A DNA stretch of 28,050 bases from Candidatus Bipolaricaulia bacterium (GCA_042219045.1 JBDGQO010000034.1:15011-43060), one strand, 5' to 3'; counted from the first letter of the stretch, positions 8,150-17,092 are shown. A program made the numbers and translations. The notes: generated from the letters alone by a model not told the origin.

Positions 8150-8425
8150 ATGCAGGTACGCGTCAACTTTTACGGCGTCCTGAAGGAGGATGCCGGCACG
8201 TCGCAGGCCGAGGTCGATCTGGACGTCACGACCCCGACGATCGCCGACTTGTCGAATCGCCTTGCCGAAAGCTATCCCGGATTGGCATCACGCTTGGCGT
8301 CGACGGCGTTCGCGGTCGACAGTCAAGTCGTCGATCGCGACTTTGTCCTGGAGGACAATGCCCGAGTCGATCTGTTGCCCCCCGTGAGCGGAGGTCGATG
8401 CAATGGCGCTACAGTCGCTCGCTGA
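8150..8425 (+). CDS. moaD: MoaD/ThiS sulfur carrier protein with a 9-residue extension after GG
   Basis: MQVRVNFYG...FAVD...LLPPVSGG ubiquitin-like signature; strong SD; GG is followed by RCNGATVAR. Confidence 0.85.
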   Translation: MQVRVNFYGVLKEDAGTSQAEVDLDVTTPTIADLSNRLAESYPGLASRLASTAFAVDSQVVDRDFVLEDNARVDLLPPVSGGRCNGATVAR

Positions 8426-9335
8426 GCTGATCGATCTTGCCCAGCGGATCGGCCCGTGCCGCGTGGCACTGGCCGGTGCCGAGAACGAGGTCGCGCTCGG
8501 CGCTTTGGCGGAGGCGGCCGAGCGCGGCATGGCCGAGGCCGTCCTCGTTGGCGACGAGTCGCGCACGCGCCAGCTCATGGACGAGGCATCCCTCAACGAC
8601 GACGGGCTCCGGGAGCGGGCCCGCTTCGTCGCTGCGGCGGACCCGGCCAATGCTGCCCAGGAAGCCGTTTCGGCCATCCGGACGGGCGAAGCCGATCTGT
8701 TGATGAAGGGCTCGCTGCGCACCGATCAGCTCCTGCGGGCGGTCCTGGACCGAGAACGCGGCCTGAGAACGGACCGACTCCTGAGCGACGTGCTCGTCTA
8801 CGAGGACACGCTCTCGGGCGCAATGCGATTGGTCGGGATCACCGACGGTGGCGTCAACGTGGCGCCGGACGTCGACGACAAGGCACAGATCATTCAGAAC
8901 GCCGTCGAGATGTTCGGAAGTCTCGGCTTCGAACGACCCCGGATTTCGCTCATGAGCGCGACCGAAGCGGTCACCGACGCCATCCCGTCGACGCTGGACG
9001 CGCAGGAGCTAGCTGGGCAGGCCGCCAATGGCGACTTCGGCGACTGCGATGTCGACGGTCCCTTGGCGCTCGACAACGCTCTCGTGGAATGGGCCGCTCA
9101 AGCCAAGGGCATTGATTCGCCCGTGGCCGGTCACGCGGACGTCCTGGTCGTGCCGAGCATCGAGGCGGGGAATCTCCTCGGCAAAGCCGTCAAATACTTC
9201 GCCAACTCGACGTGCGCGCACGTCATTATGGGAGCTCGGGCGCCCGTGCTGATCCCCTCGCGGGTGGAGAGCGTCGAGGACAAGCTGGCCTCCATCGCGC
9301 TTGGGGCGATCATGGCCGGGGGGACTGAGTCATGA
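8403..9335 (+). CDS. ptb: Phosphate butyryltransferase / phosphate acyltransferase
   Basis: ADLLMKG, TDGGVNVAP, DGPLALDNA, VVPSIEAGNLLGK, GARAPVLIPSR; adjacent to buk. Confidence 0.88.
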   Translation: MALQSLAELIDLAQRIGPCRVALAGAENEVALGALAEAAERGMAEAVLVGDESRTRQLMDEASLNDDGLRERARFVAAADPANAAQEAVSAIRTGEADLLMKGSLRTDQLLRAVLDRERGLRTDRLLSDVLVYEDTLSGAMRLVGITDGGVNVAPDVDDKAQIIQNAVEMFGSLGFERPRISLMSATEAVTDAIPSTLDAQELAGQAANGDFGDCDVDGPLALDNALVEWAAQAKGIDSPVAGHADVLVVPSIEAGNLLGKAVKYFANSTCAHVIMGARAPVLIPSRVESVEDKLASIALGAIMAGGTES

Positions 9336-10405
9336 ACATTCTGGCGATCAATCCCGGCTCGACATCCACGAAGCTCGCCCTCTACGACGACGCCCACGAG
9401 CTGTTCGCCGAGACGCTGCGCCATTCGGACGACGACCTCGCGCCTTACAGCGCAAGCCCCATCTGGGACCAGCGGCCGTTCCGCAAACGGGCCATCGTCG
9501 ACGCGCTGTCGGAGCGAGCCATTCAGCTCGATGATCTGGACGCCGTCGTCGCCCGCGGCGGCCTGTTAAAGCCCTTGTCGAGCGGAACCTATCGCGTCAA
9601 TGAGGCGATGCTGCGGGACTTGGAACGGGCCGAGCGCGGCGAGCACGCCTCCAACTTGGGTGCACCGCTGGCCCAAGAGTTGGCTCAAGACGCAGGCGAG
9701 GGCTGTCCGTCGTTCATCGTCGATCCTGTCAGCGTCGACGAGTGGCCGCCCGTGGCTCGGCTGTCGGGGCTAGCCGGTGTGGATCGCGAGTGCCTCTCGC
9801 ACGCGCTCAATACCAAGGCCGTCGCCAAGCGGTTTTCCGCCGCCCAAGATCAACCCTACGATGAACTACGCTTGATCGTGGCCCATCTGGGCAGCGGCAT
9901 CTCCGTCTCGGCGCATGAGGGCGGCCGCATGGTCGACGTGACCAACTCCCGCGAGGAAGGGGCGTTCTCCACCGAGCGTGCGGGATCGGTTCCCGTCATG
10001 AAGCTGGTCGATCTCTGTTTTTCGGGCGAGTATACGCGCGACGAGCTGGAGCGCATGATCTTCCGCGAGGGCGGACTCTATTCCTATCTGAAGACGAAGG
10101 ATCTCCAAACGGCCCTCGATCGAGCGGACGCAGGAGACGATCAAGCTCGGCTCGTGGTGGACGCGATGGGCTATCAGATCGCCAAGGAGATCGGCGCGAT
10201 GGCGTCGGTGCTGGCGGGCCAGATTGACGCCGTTCTCATTACGGGCGGCATGGCCCATGCTGAGCCGTTCATCCACGATCTGCGCTCACGGGTCGATTGG
10301 ATCGCGCCTCTGGAGGTATATCCGGGCGAGGACGAGCTTCGGGCGTTGGCTGAAGGGGCGCTGCGCGTGCTGAATAACACTGAGAACGCGCAGGTCTACG
10401 AATAG
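9332..10405 (+). CDS. buk: Butyrate kinase (branched-chain carboxylic acid kinase)
   Basis: ILAINPGSTSTK, ARGGLLKP, HASNLG, IVDPVSVDE, HALNTKAVA, AHLGSGISV, YPGEDEL. Confidence 0.95.
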   Translation: MNILAINPGSTSTKLALYDDAHELFAETLRHSDDDLAPYSASPIWDQRPFRKRAIVDALSERAIQLDDLDAVVARGGLLKPLSSGTYRVNEAMLRDLERAERGEHASNLGAPLAQELAQDAGEGCPSFIVDPVSVDEWPPVARLSGLAGVDRECLSHALNTKAVAKRFSAAQDQPYDELRLIVAHLGSGISVSAHEGGRMVDVTNSREEGAFSTERAGSVPVMKLVDLCFSGEYTRDELERMIFREGGLYSYLKTKDLQTALDRADAGDDQARLVVDAMGYQIAKEIGAMASVLAGQIDAVLITGGMAHAEPFIHDLRSRVDWIAPLEVYPGEDELRALAEGALRVLNNTENAQVYE

Positions 10406-11892
10406 GGCATGGACGCCAAGGCAGACCTTGTGCTTGTCTCGGCCTGTGCCCGCCTGGCCGTCAAGGACGCCCAGCCGTCCCGGAGCTTCAGATAAGCCAG
10501 CGTGATCGCCGCAAGCGACCACGGGTTGATATAGCTCGGCGCCGCGTCCGAGGCCCAGGCCAACCCCAACGACGGGAACGCCCCAAACATCACGGCCGCG
10601 AAGACCAAGGCCGGTACAAGTGTCAGCCAGAAGAGGGTCATCCCGTTGTTGGCCGTGGCCCGCCAACTCCAACGCAGGCTCGCCAGGGGTCCGCGCCCCT
10701 CAAACAGGATCCCGGGAACATACAGCGACAGACGGGCCCAGATGTAGTGGAAAAGTACCGCCAGCGGAGCGTTGGCAAACCCTGCATATGTCGCCACATC
10801 GGAACGGTCAACCAACTCGTAAGCCAGCATGGCTTGACCCGAAACGTATCCGATGATTCCGGACAGAACGATGAAGCTGATGAAGGGAAGCACAAAATAG
10901 AGCAAGTTGGCCCGGAGCAGCTTGCCGAAGTTCTGGCCGACGAAGCTGCCCACCTCGCGCCAGGGCAGCAGCCGTTGGCCTTCGGCGGCATTGACGGTCA
11001 TGCGGACAGTCATTGCCGCGACGATCGGGCTCAGCACGATCACAAAGATCAACATCCGGATCAGGCTTGCCAGCAAGAACGACGTGTTGGTCGAAGCGGA
11101 GGGGATGGAGAAGTCCACCATCGAAGGGCCGGCAACGAGATAGACCCCGAGGTTGAGAGCCATAATGGCCCCCAAGAAGGGCAGCCAGATGAGCAGCTGC
11201 CGTCCCTTCAGGATCGTCTTCAAGCTCGTCCCCAACAGGCGTGCCGCGTTCAGCTTGACGATCACGCCTTCTTGCCCGAGCTGACGACCCAACTCGGCGA
11301 GATCCAGGCGTGGCTGAGTCGCCGACTCGCCCTCCCAGATCACCTCGTGCAGTCGTAGTGTCTCCGCCACCCCTTTCAGGTCGTGCTCGCCGCGGTCACG
11401 CAGCTCCACACCGACCATCTGGCCCGCAAGCCCACGAACGACGTCGGAGACGATGATCTCGTCCCCTTCCGCTTGATCCGCAATGCGCGCGGCACGATTG
11501 ACGGCTTGGCCGACGAAGTCCTGCTCGCTGTAGACGGGCTCGCCGGCGTCAATGCCGATGCCGACCGACAACGCCTCGGTCGGGCCCGCATCGGATGATG
11601 CGCGCACCGCTTTCTGGATGTCCACGGCGCAGAGGATCGCCTGGCGTGAACTGGAGAACGCCGCCATCAGCCCGTCGCCGAGCGTCTTGACCTCCATGCC
11701 GTTGTGGGCCGGCAGGTGCTCGCGCACGATCGCGTTGTGGCGTTCGGCCAATTCCTGGGCCGCCTCGTCGCCGTGCTGCTCGACATAGGCGGTGAACCCG
11801 TCGATGTCGCTGAACAGCAACGTGACCGTGCCCATGGGCCACGTCTGGTCCATCTCCTTCGGCTGCTGCTCGGCTAGGGCGGCGTCTGCCAT
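10396..11892 (-). CDS. Class III adenylate cyclase with C-terminal multi-pass membrane domain
   Basis: LLFSDIDGFT, VKTLGDGLM, DFVGQAVNRAARI (metal-binding Asp pair, ATP-specifying Lys/Asp, catalytic Asn/Arg), HDLKG; about six hydrophobic segments follow; SD GAGGAG before ATG 11892. Confidence 0.88.
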   Translation of the reverse strand: MADAALAEQQPKEMDQTWPMGTVTLLFSDIDGFTAYVEQHGDEAAQELAERHNAIVREHLPAHNGMEVKTLGDGLMAAFSSSRQAILCAVDIQKAVRASSDAGPTEALSVGIGIDAGEPVYSEQDFVGQAVNRAARIADQAEGDEIIVSDVVRGLAGQMVGVELRDRGEHDLKGVAETLRLHEVIWEGESATQPRLDLAELGRQLGQEGVIVKLNAARLLGTSLKTILKGRQLLIWLPFLGAIMALNLGVYLVAGPSMVDFSIPSASTNTSFLLASLIRMLIFVIVLSPIVAAMTVRMTVNAAEGQRLLPWREVGSFVGQNFGKLLRANLLYFVLPFISFIVLSGIIGYVSGQAMLAYELVDRSDVATYAGFANAPLAVLFHYIWARLSLYVPGILFEGRGPLASLRWSWRATANNGMTLFWLTLVPALVFAAVMFGAFPSLGLAWASDAAPSYINPWSLAAITLAYLKLRDGWASLTARRAQAETSTRSALASMPYS

Positions 11893-11960
11893 CACCACTC
11901 CTCGGGGGGATCGGTTTTGACGGCCCAAAGGGAGTTTATCGACGTTCGATGCGCCGCTGG

Positions 11961-12161
11961 TCACTCGACGTAGCCGACAATTAACCCGACGAACAACATC
12001 CCAAAGCCAAGCCGATTCATCCAGCGTTCAACGGCGGAGAACTGGATGCTGCTTGCCCAGAGCCGCTTCAGCACGCTCTTATCGCCCGTTCTCCCGATGT
12101 AGAGCGTCAGGGAGACGATCACCATGCCCACGCCGACAGCGGCGATAATGAATCCAACCAT
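11961..12161 (-). CDS. Small two-helix membrane protein
   Basis: 66 aa with two hydrophobic segments; co-oriented with both neighbours and fills the gap. Confidence 0.6.
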   Translation of the reverse strand: MVGFIIAAVGVGMVIVSLTLYIGRTGDKSVLKRLWASSIQFSAVERWMNRLGFGMLFVGLIVGYVE

Positions 12162-12263
12162 CGTTGTCCCACCCGTGTTGATGCGGTTCTGCGGAGGATA
12201 AGGCGTCTGACAGGATGCTGCAACGGGGTGGCCGAATGCAGCTGAAGGGTCGAACGAGTTGGA

Positions 12264-13697
12264 CTAGGGCGGATACGCTTCCCCGCGGTCCGTCGTCAGA
12301 AACGACAACGCTGAAGGGCAGACGTCGCCGAGCTTGTTGCCGTTGTCGGCCTGTCGCGACGGGATCGTGTTGGCCCGGCCGGCGACCTTGCCGTGGAAGC
12401 GGTCGTCGGCGGCCTGGTTGCCGTAGCAGCCCCAGATGTGCAAGGCAACCCCAAACCCATGGTTGTTCTGGATGGCGTTGCGTTCCAGGGTCAGCTCAGC
12501 CGAGTCGCCCAGTTGAACGCCTTCTGCGCCGTTGCCGCTGACGGTCGAGTTGAGCAGCGTGCCGCTCGCGAACTGATCCATCTCCAGCCCCGTGTCGCCG
12601 TTGTTGGCCAGGTCGATGTCGGCGAGGTCCAGGGTGGCCCCGTCGGTTGCGCCGACGCCGTCGCGGCCGTTCTCCTCCACTGTGGATCGCAACAGGGTCG
12701 CCCGGCCCCGCTCAGTAAGTTGCACGCCGTTGACGCTATTCTCCGCAATGACCGTGTTGTCGATCTCGACCCAGGCCCGATTCTGGACGCGCAGGCCGTG
12801 GAAGCCGCTGCCGCTGATCCGCGCGTCCGAGATGCGCACGCCCGCGCGATCCGTGGCGCGCACCCCATCCGCGCAACGGTCGGCGTACCAGTCGGCGCAG
12901 CCGCGATCCGGATGCCCGCGAATCGTGAGGTGCTCCAGGGTCACCGTGGGGGTCTGCACATCAGGCGCCGGCGAGCGGATCCAGAGCGTCGGCTCGCCGG
13001 GCTTGTCCCCCGTCACGATCGACTGCGATCGCGACACGCCGCGCAGCGTCACCGACGTCTCCACGACGATCGAGCTCCTCCACTCGCCCTCGCCCAGGCA
13101 GATGACGTCGCCCGATCGGGCCTCGTCGACGATCGCCTGCAGCTGATCCGTCGGCGTCGCGACCGTGGTGCATTGGGACGCGCGCCGGTCGATCGGCATC
13201 GCCAGGTCATCGATCCACGCCCGATCGGCCCGCTCCGAGCCCGAGTCGTCCTTGCGGTAGGCCCAACGGAACCGATGCGGGCCGGCATCGAGGAAATAGC
13301 TGGCCCACTGCCAGCCCGTGTCGCCGGACCACTTGCCGGCCAGTTGGCCGTCAATGCTGAAGCGCAGCGCGTCGAAGCGCTCCGACGAGACGCGATACCA
13401 GAAGCTGATCGGGCCGTCGGTGGTGACGGCGTTCAGCTCCAGCCAGCTCGTCTCGCCGTGGCCGACCGACCCGGATCGGGCGGCGAACTCGCCGCCATGG
13501 CTCTGCTGGTTGGTGACGCTCCACGGCTCGCCGCCGCCGCTGACCCAGAGCCGTCGCGACAAGTCGCCGGACTCGAAGTTGTCCACGATCGGCACGCTGG
13601 GCTGCATGGCCGCGATGCCGAGCGACAAACCGACCACGGCTGCGCCCAAGAGCGCAAGAGCGGTCCGTCCGTGGCGGCGTGGCAGTCGGCTCCTCAT
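12264..13697 (-). CDS. Secreted right-handed parallel beta-helix repeat protein with N-terminal beta-sandwich domain
   Basis: Signal peptide from ATG 13697; DNFESG...WIDDL jelly-roll-like domain; LQAIVDEARSGDVICLGEGEW beta-helix cap; repeated NxxxG[VL]x[LV] coils. Confidence 0.8.
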   Translation of the reverse strand: MRSRLPRRHGRTALALLGAAVVGLSLGIAAMQPSVPIVDNFESGDLSRRLWVSGGGEPWSVTNQQSHGGEFAARSGSVGHGETSWLELNAVTTDGPISFWYRVSSERFDALRFSIDGQLAGKWSGDTGWQWASYFLDAGPHRFRWAYRKDDSGSERADRAWIDDLAMPIDRRASQCTTVATPTDQLQAIVDEARSGDVICLGEGEWRSSIVVETSVTLRGVSRSQSIVTGDKPGEPTLWIRSPAPDVQTPTVTLEHLTIRGHPDRGCADWYADRCADGVRATDRAGVRISDARISGSGFHGLRVQNRAWVEIDNTVIAENSVNGVQLTERGRATLLRSTVEENGRDGVGATDGATLDLADIDLANNGDTGLEMDQFASGTLLNSTVSGNGAEGVQLGDSAELTLERNAIQNNHGFGVALHIWGCYGNQAADDRFHGKVAGRANTIPSRQADNGNKLGDVCPSALSFLTTDRGEAYPP

Positions 13698-13892
13698 GGC
13701 AAACCATCGATCCCGTTCTGGATCCCATCGTATCTTAGGGGCGTCTGCGTCGGACACAAGGGCGCCGATCACATTTCAGATCAACGACTCGCAAATAGGC
13801 CCGTCGTGGCCCGAGCGTGGCGTGTCGTTTTGAGGGGCCGTCGGGCGCTGCCTATTCTGTCCGTTAGCCCATACCTTATGGAGTGATGCCCG

Positions 13893-15494
13893 ATGCGATC
13901 GCTATGGATGCTTGGCGGCGTGCTCGCGCTACTGACCGTTGGCGCCGTGATGATCGGAATGCCCGGCTCGAGCGGAATGGACAGCGTCGAACCCGCGCAA
14001 GCCGACGCCAACGCCGCCGAGAGCTTCTTCGACGACTCCGACGTCCGCGTCCACCATGCCGGCGGACAGTGGATGCTGCGACTGGACACCCCGGAGGCCG
14101 TGCTCTGCTCGGTCAACTTCGGGTTGGCGTCGGGCGAGCTCGACGGCCTGACGGCCATGAACATGACCGCCCCAGCAGAGGATCACGACATCGCGCTTCC
14201 GCTCGAAGCCGGGCGGACCTATCAGATCGTGCTGACCGCGTTCACGACGTCGCATGAGGTCTTGCGATCGCCAACGTACGTGGTGGAAGCAGCCCGTGCC
14301 GACGACGCTGAACGGGATCGGATCGTCCGGACCGAAGGCGAGGCCCGCGTTCTTGACCCAGCACCCGCCGAACGCGTCCTGCAAAACGGCGTCGAGATTT
14401 CCGATGCCGCGTCGACGAGCGCGACGGTCTCGTTCGCCACGACGCGTCCGACGTTGGCCAGTGTGGCCTTCGGCCCGTCGCGGGACTACGGTCGCAGCGT
14501 GCGCGGCCCAGAGACGAGCCCCTTCACGGATCATCGCGTCGACCTGCTCGCGCTGGAGGCGGACACCGACTACCACGCCCAAGTGGTTCTCATCGACGAA
14601 CGGGCCAACGTCTTCCACACGCCCGACCTCACGTTCTCCACGAGCGAAGCGGCTGACGCGGCGAATGAGACACTCGGGGAGAACGTGGCGCTTCTGAGCA
14701 AGGGGGCCTCGATCCGCGACGTGAGCAGCAACTGGCAAGGGAGCGGGCTGGACGGCTCCTTCGGCGCCAACAACGCCATCGACGGCGACCCCTCAACCGA
14801 GTGGTCCTCCGACGGCGATGGCAACGACGCCTGGATCGAGATCCAACTGGACGACGAATACGAACTCGTCGGCGTCGGGGTCTGGACGCGGACGATGACG
14901 AGCAGCGCTCAGATATCGAAATTCCGCGTCCTAACCGATGATGGGACGGAGCTCGGCACCTTCGAGCTGCCCGACGCCAAGGATCTCTATCAGTTCGAGA
15001 TTCCCGCAACGAGCTCGGACATGCTGCGGTTCGAGGTGGTGGAGAGTTCCGGCGGCAACACCGGCGCGCGCTCGGTCGAGATCTATCGGGCGCCCACGGA
15101 CGCTGAGGCGACCGTCGCCGCGGACGTGGTCGACGTTTCGACCCGCGGCGAGCCGGGCGATTACACGTTCGAGGTGACGGTGAAGAGCCCGGACACCGGA
15201 TGCGATCAATACGCTGACTGGTGGGAAGTGCTCTCCACCGACGGCGAGCTGCTCCATCGCCGGATCCTCGCGCACAGCCACGTGAACGAACAGCCGTTCA
15301 CCCGTTCGGGCGGTCCCGTCGCGATCGACGCCGACGAGACCGTCATCGTGCGGGCCCACATGAACCCCACGGGCTACGGCGGCCAGGCGATGCGGGGCAG
15401 CGTCGACGAGGGTTTCCAAACCGCCGAGCTGCCCGCCGACTTCGCCGCGGACGTGGAAGACGAGGAGCCGCAGCCCTCCGGCTGCGCGTTCTAG
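13893..15494 (+). CDS. Secreted acidic multidomain protein (Fn3-like plus F5/8 type C discoidin domain plus C-terminal His/Cys domain)
   Basis: Signal peptide; SATVSFAT...HRVDLLALEADTDYH Fn3-like segment; ANNAIDGDPSTEWSS...AWIEIQL discoidin motif; C-terminal SPDTGCDQYADWWEV...HSHVNEQPFTRSG. Confidence 0.78.
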   Translation: MRSLWMLGGVLALLTVGAVMIGMPGSSGMDSVEPAQADANAAESFFDDSDVRVHHAGGQWMLRLDTPEAVLCSVNFGLASGELDGLTAMNMTAPAEDHDIALPLEAGRTYQIVLTAFTTSHEVLRSPTYVVEAARADDAERDRIVRTEGEARVLDPAPAERVLQNGVEISDAASTSATVSFATTRPTLASVAFGPSRDYGRSVRGPETSPFTDHRVDLLALEADTDYHAQVVLIDERANVFHTPDLTFSTSEAADAANETLGENVALLSKGASIRDVSSNWQGSGLDGSFGANNAIDGDPSTEWSSDGDGNDAWIEIQLDDEYELVGVGVWTRTMTSSAQISKFRVLTDDGTELGTFELPDAKDLYQFEIPATSSDMLRFEVVESSGGNTGARSVEIYRAPTDAEATVAADVVDVSTRGEPGDYTFEVTVKSPDTGCDQYADWWEVLSTDGELLHRRILAHSHVNEQPFTRSGGPVAIDADETVIVRAHMNPTGYGGQAMRGSVDEGFQTAELPADFAADVEDEEPQPSGCAF

Positions 15495-16928
15495 CTAGAA
15501 CGAGAGGACGCCCGCGTTCTTCAGTTGCAACAGCGCCAGCGCGTCGATCGGCGCCCGCGCTAGCTCAGGGCTGCTCGCGGTCGTCTGATAGGCCAGTTGC
15601 GTCAACGTACCCGAGGCGACCGTTTCGCCCTCCGGTCCTTGGATCGAGAGCGTCGTGTCCATGCCGATTTCGCCGGCCAGCACGCCCTCGGCCCAGCGCA
15701 TCGCCAAGGCCTGGGACGCTGCCCGCCGGAGGTGCACCGAGTCCGCGCTCACGGCCTGCGCCTGCAGATCGCTGGTTGAGCGCTCCGAGTCCCAGAGGAT
15801 CCAGGCCAGGCGATTGCGGGCAAGCCACTTCATGATCTCGGAGTTGTCCGGATTCTCGATGATATCGGTAAGCTCGGCTCGATCGGAAGAAGCGGTATTG
15901 TCCAATTGGACCGGCGGAACGACGGTAAACGCGGCGTAGTTACGCAATTCGCGAGTGCAGCCATCGCGGGCAAGGGCTTCGAGCTCTGCGCGCGTGAGAT
16001 CCGGCCGATGTTTAAACCCATCGAGAAACTGCGCGCGGTACCAGGCCGAGGCAGCCGACATCCGGAACGGATGATCAAAGCTGCCATCGCCGGGGACGGA
16101 GAACGACCCGTCGAAGGTTGCGTTGAGGCTCGCGAACGTCGCCTCGCCGCCGCAGGCCACGCGACGCCAGGCCTTGAAGTTGACCAAATCCGATGAGAGC
16201 CCCTCGGGAAAGTCCTGCTGATTGCCATGACGATACTGGAGGATGCCGACCGTGACCGGCACCATCGCCCGTGCGATCGCCAGCGAGTAGGTCTCCGCCT
16301 CGTGGGCCCGTTCCGCGATCTCCCCAACCTGCTTGTAGAGCGCCTCCGTGGCGAAGTCGCCTGCGGGCGCTTTCAGGTTCTCGGCTTGTAGCCACGTCTG
16401 GACAAACGCCTGGAGCACGTAGGCGTCGTGCAACGGGCCCCAGCCGAAATCCGAGATGAACGCGTCCCGATTGATGTCCGAGCGCCGATCCAGCGGTAGA
16501 ACGAGGGTGCTCTGGTTGATGCCCGGGGTCCAGCCAGTGACGGCTCGGCGACACTCCGGATTGGGACCTCGGGCAATGGCCTCGGTCCGGTCGATGAACG
16601 CCGCGAGGTCCTCGGCGAGCGCCACGAGTTGACCGCGATCGATGGGCACGGTGCGCAGCATGACCATCGCGCTGCGGCGAATCGACCGTCGATCCCGCTG
16701 AAACTCCTCCGGCAGCAGCTGAACCAGTTCCCGATTGAGCTGCATGGCGGCCGCCGTCGCCGCTGCCGAGCGGACCTCCGACACGAGGTCCGGTGCTCGG
16801 TCACCGATCCCACAGGCCACCTCCAAGGGCGCCGACGTCGGCTGCGCTTCGGCCTGAGATAGCCCAATCATCGGGTAACCCGCCAGCAACGCGACCAACA
16901 GTCCGATCGTCAACCAACGACGTGTGAT
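15495..16928 (-). CDS. Secreted hypothetical protein, mostly helical
   Basis: Open frame of about 475 aa with signal peptide; best SD-linked start is ATC 16928 (TTG 16913 is the alternative); stop abuts the stop of the convergent gene. Confidence 0.7.
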   Translation of the reverse strand: MTRRWLTIGLLVALLAGYPMIGLSQAEAQPTSAPLEVACGIGDRAPDLVSEVRSAAATAAAMQLNRELVQLLPEEFQRDRRSIRRSAMVMLRTVPIDRGQLVALAEDLAAFIDRTEAIARGPNPECRRAVTGWTPGINQSTLVLPLDRRSDINRDAFISDFGWGPLHDAYVLQAFVQTWLQAENLKAPAGDFATEALYKQVGEIAERAHEAETYSLAIARAMVPVTVGILQYRHGNQQDFPEGLSSDLVNFKAWRRVACGGEATFASLNATFDGSFSVPGDGSFDHPFRMSAASAWYRAQFLDGFKHRPDLTRAELEALARDGCTRELRNYAAFTVVPPVQLDNTASSDRAELTDIIENPDNSEIMKWLARNRLAWILWDSERSTSDLQAQAVSADSVHLRRAASQALAMRWAEGVLAGEIGMDTTLSIQGPEGETVASGTLTQLAYQTTASSPELARAPIDALALLQLKNAGVLSF

Positions 16929-17049
16929 GCTACCACCTCCCGCGAGTAATTGTAACAGACGCCAAAGCGCGAACGATGCTCAACCCCTTGTTCCTCATTC
17001 AAAGCTTATGAAGGGGAAATGCAGAGCTTGCGCCCAAATCTTACGCCTG

Positions 17050-17092
17050 ATATGATGAATATCATATACATAAGGAAGCGTATCTGTAGAAT
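17050..17092 (+). promoter_or_regulatory. FNR/CRP-like palindrome plus -10 element for the rhodopsin gene
   Basis: ATATGAT-GAAT-ATCATAT (17050-17067) with perfect 7-bp arms; core ends at 17065, then 21 nt, then TAGAAT (17087-17092), all within an AT-rich intergenic region. Confidence 0.7.

Noticed and set aside
12393..13886. 497-aa ORF on + strand
   Set aside because: Antisense to the beta-helix gene; no recognisable domain or SD.
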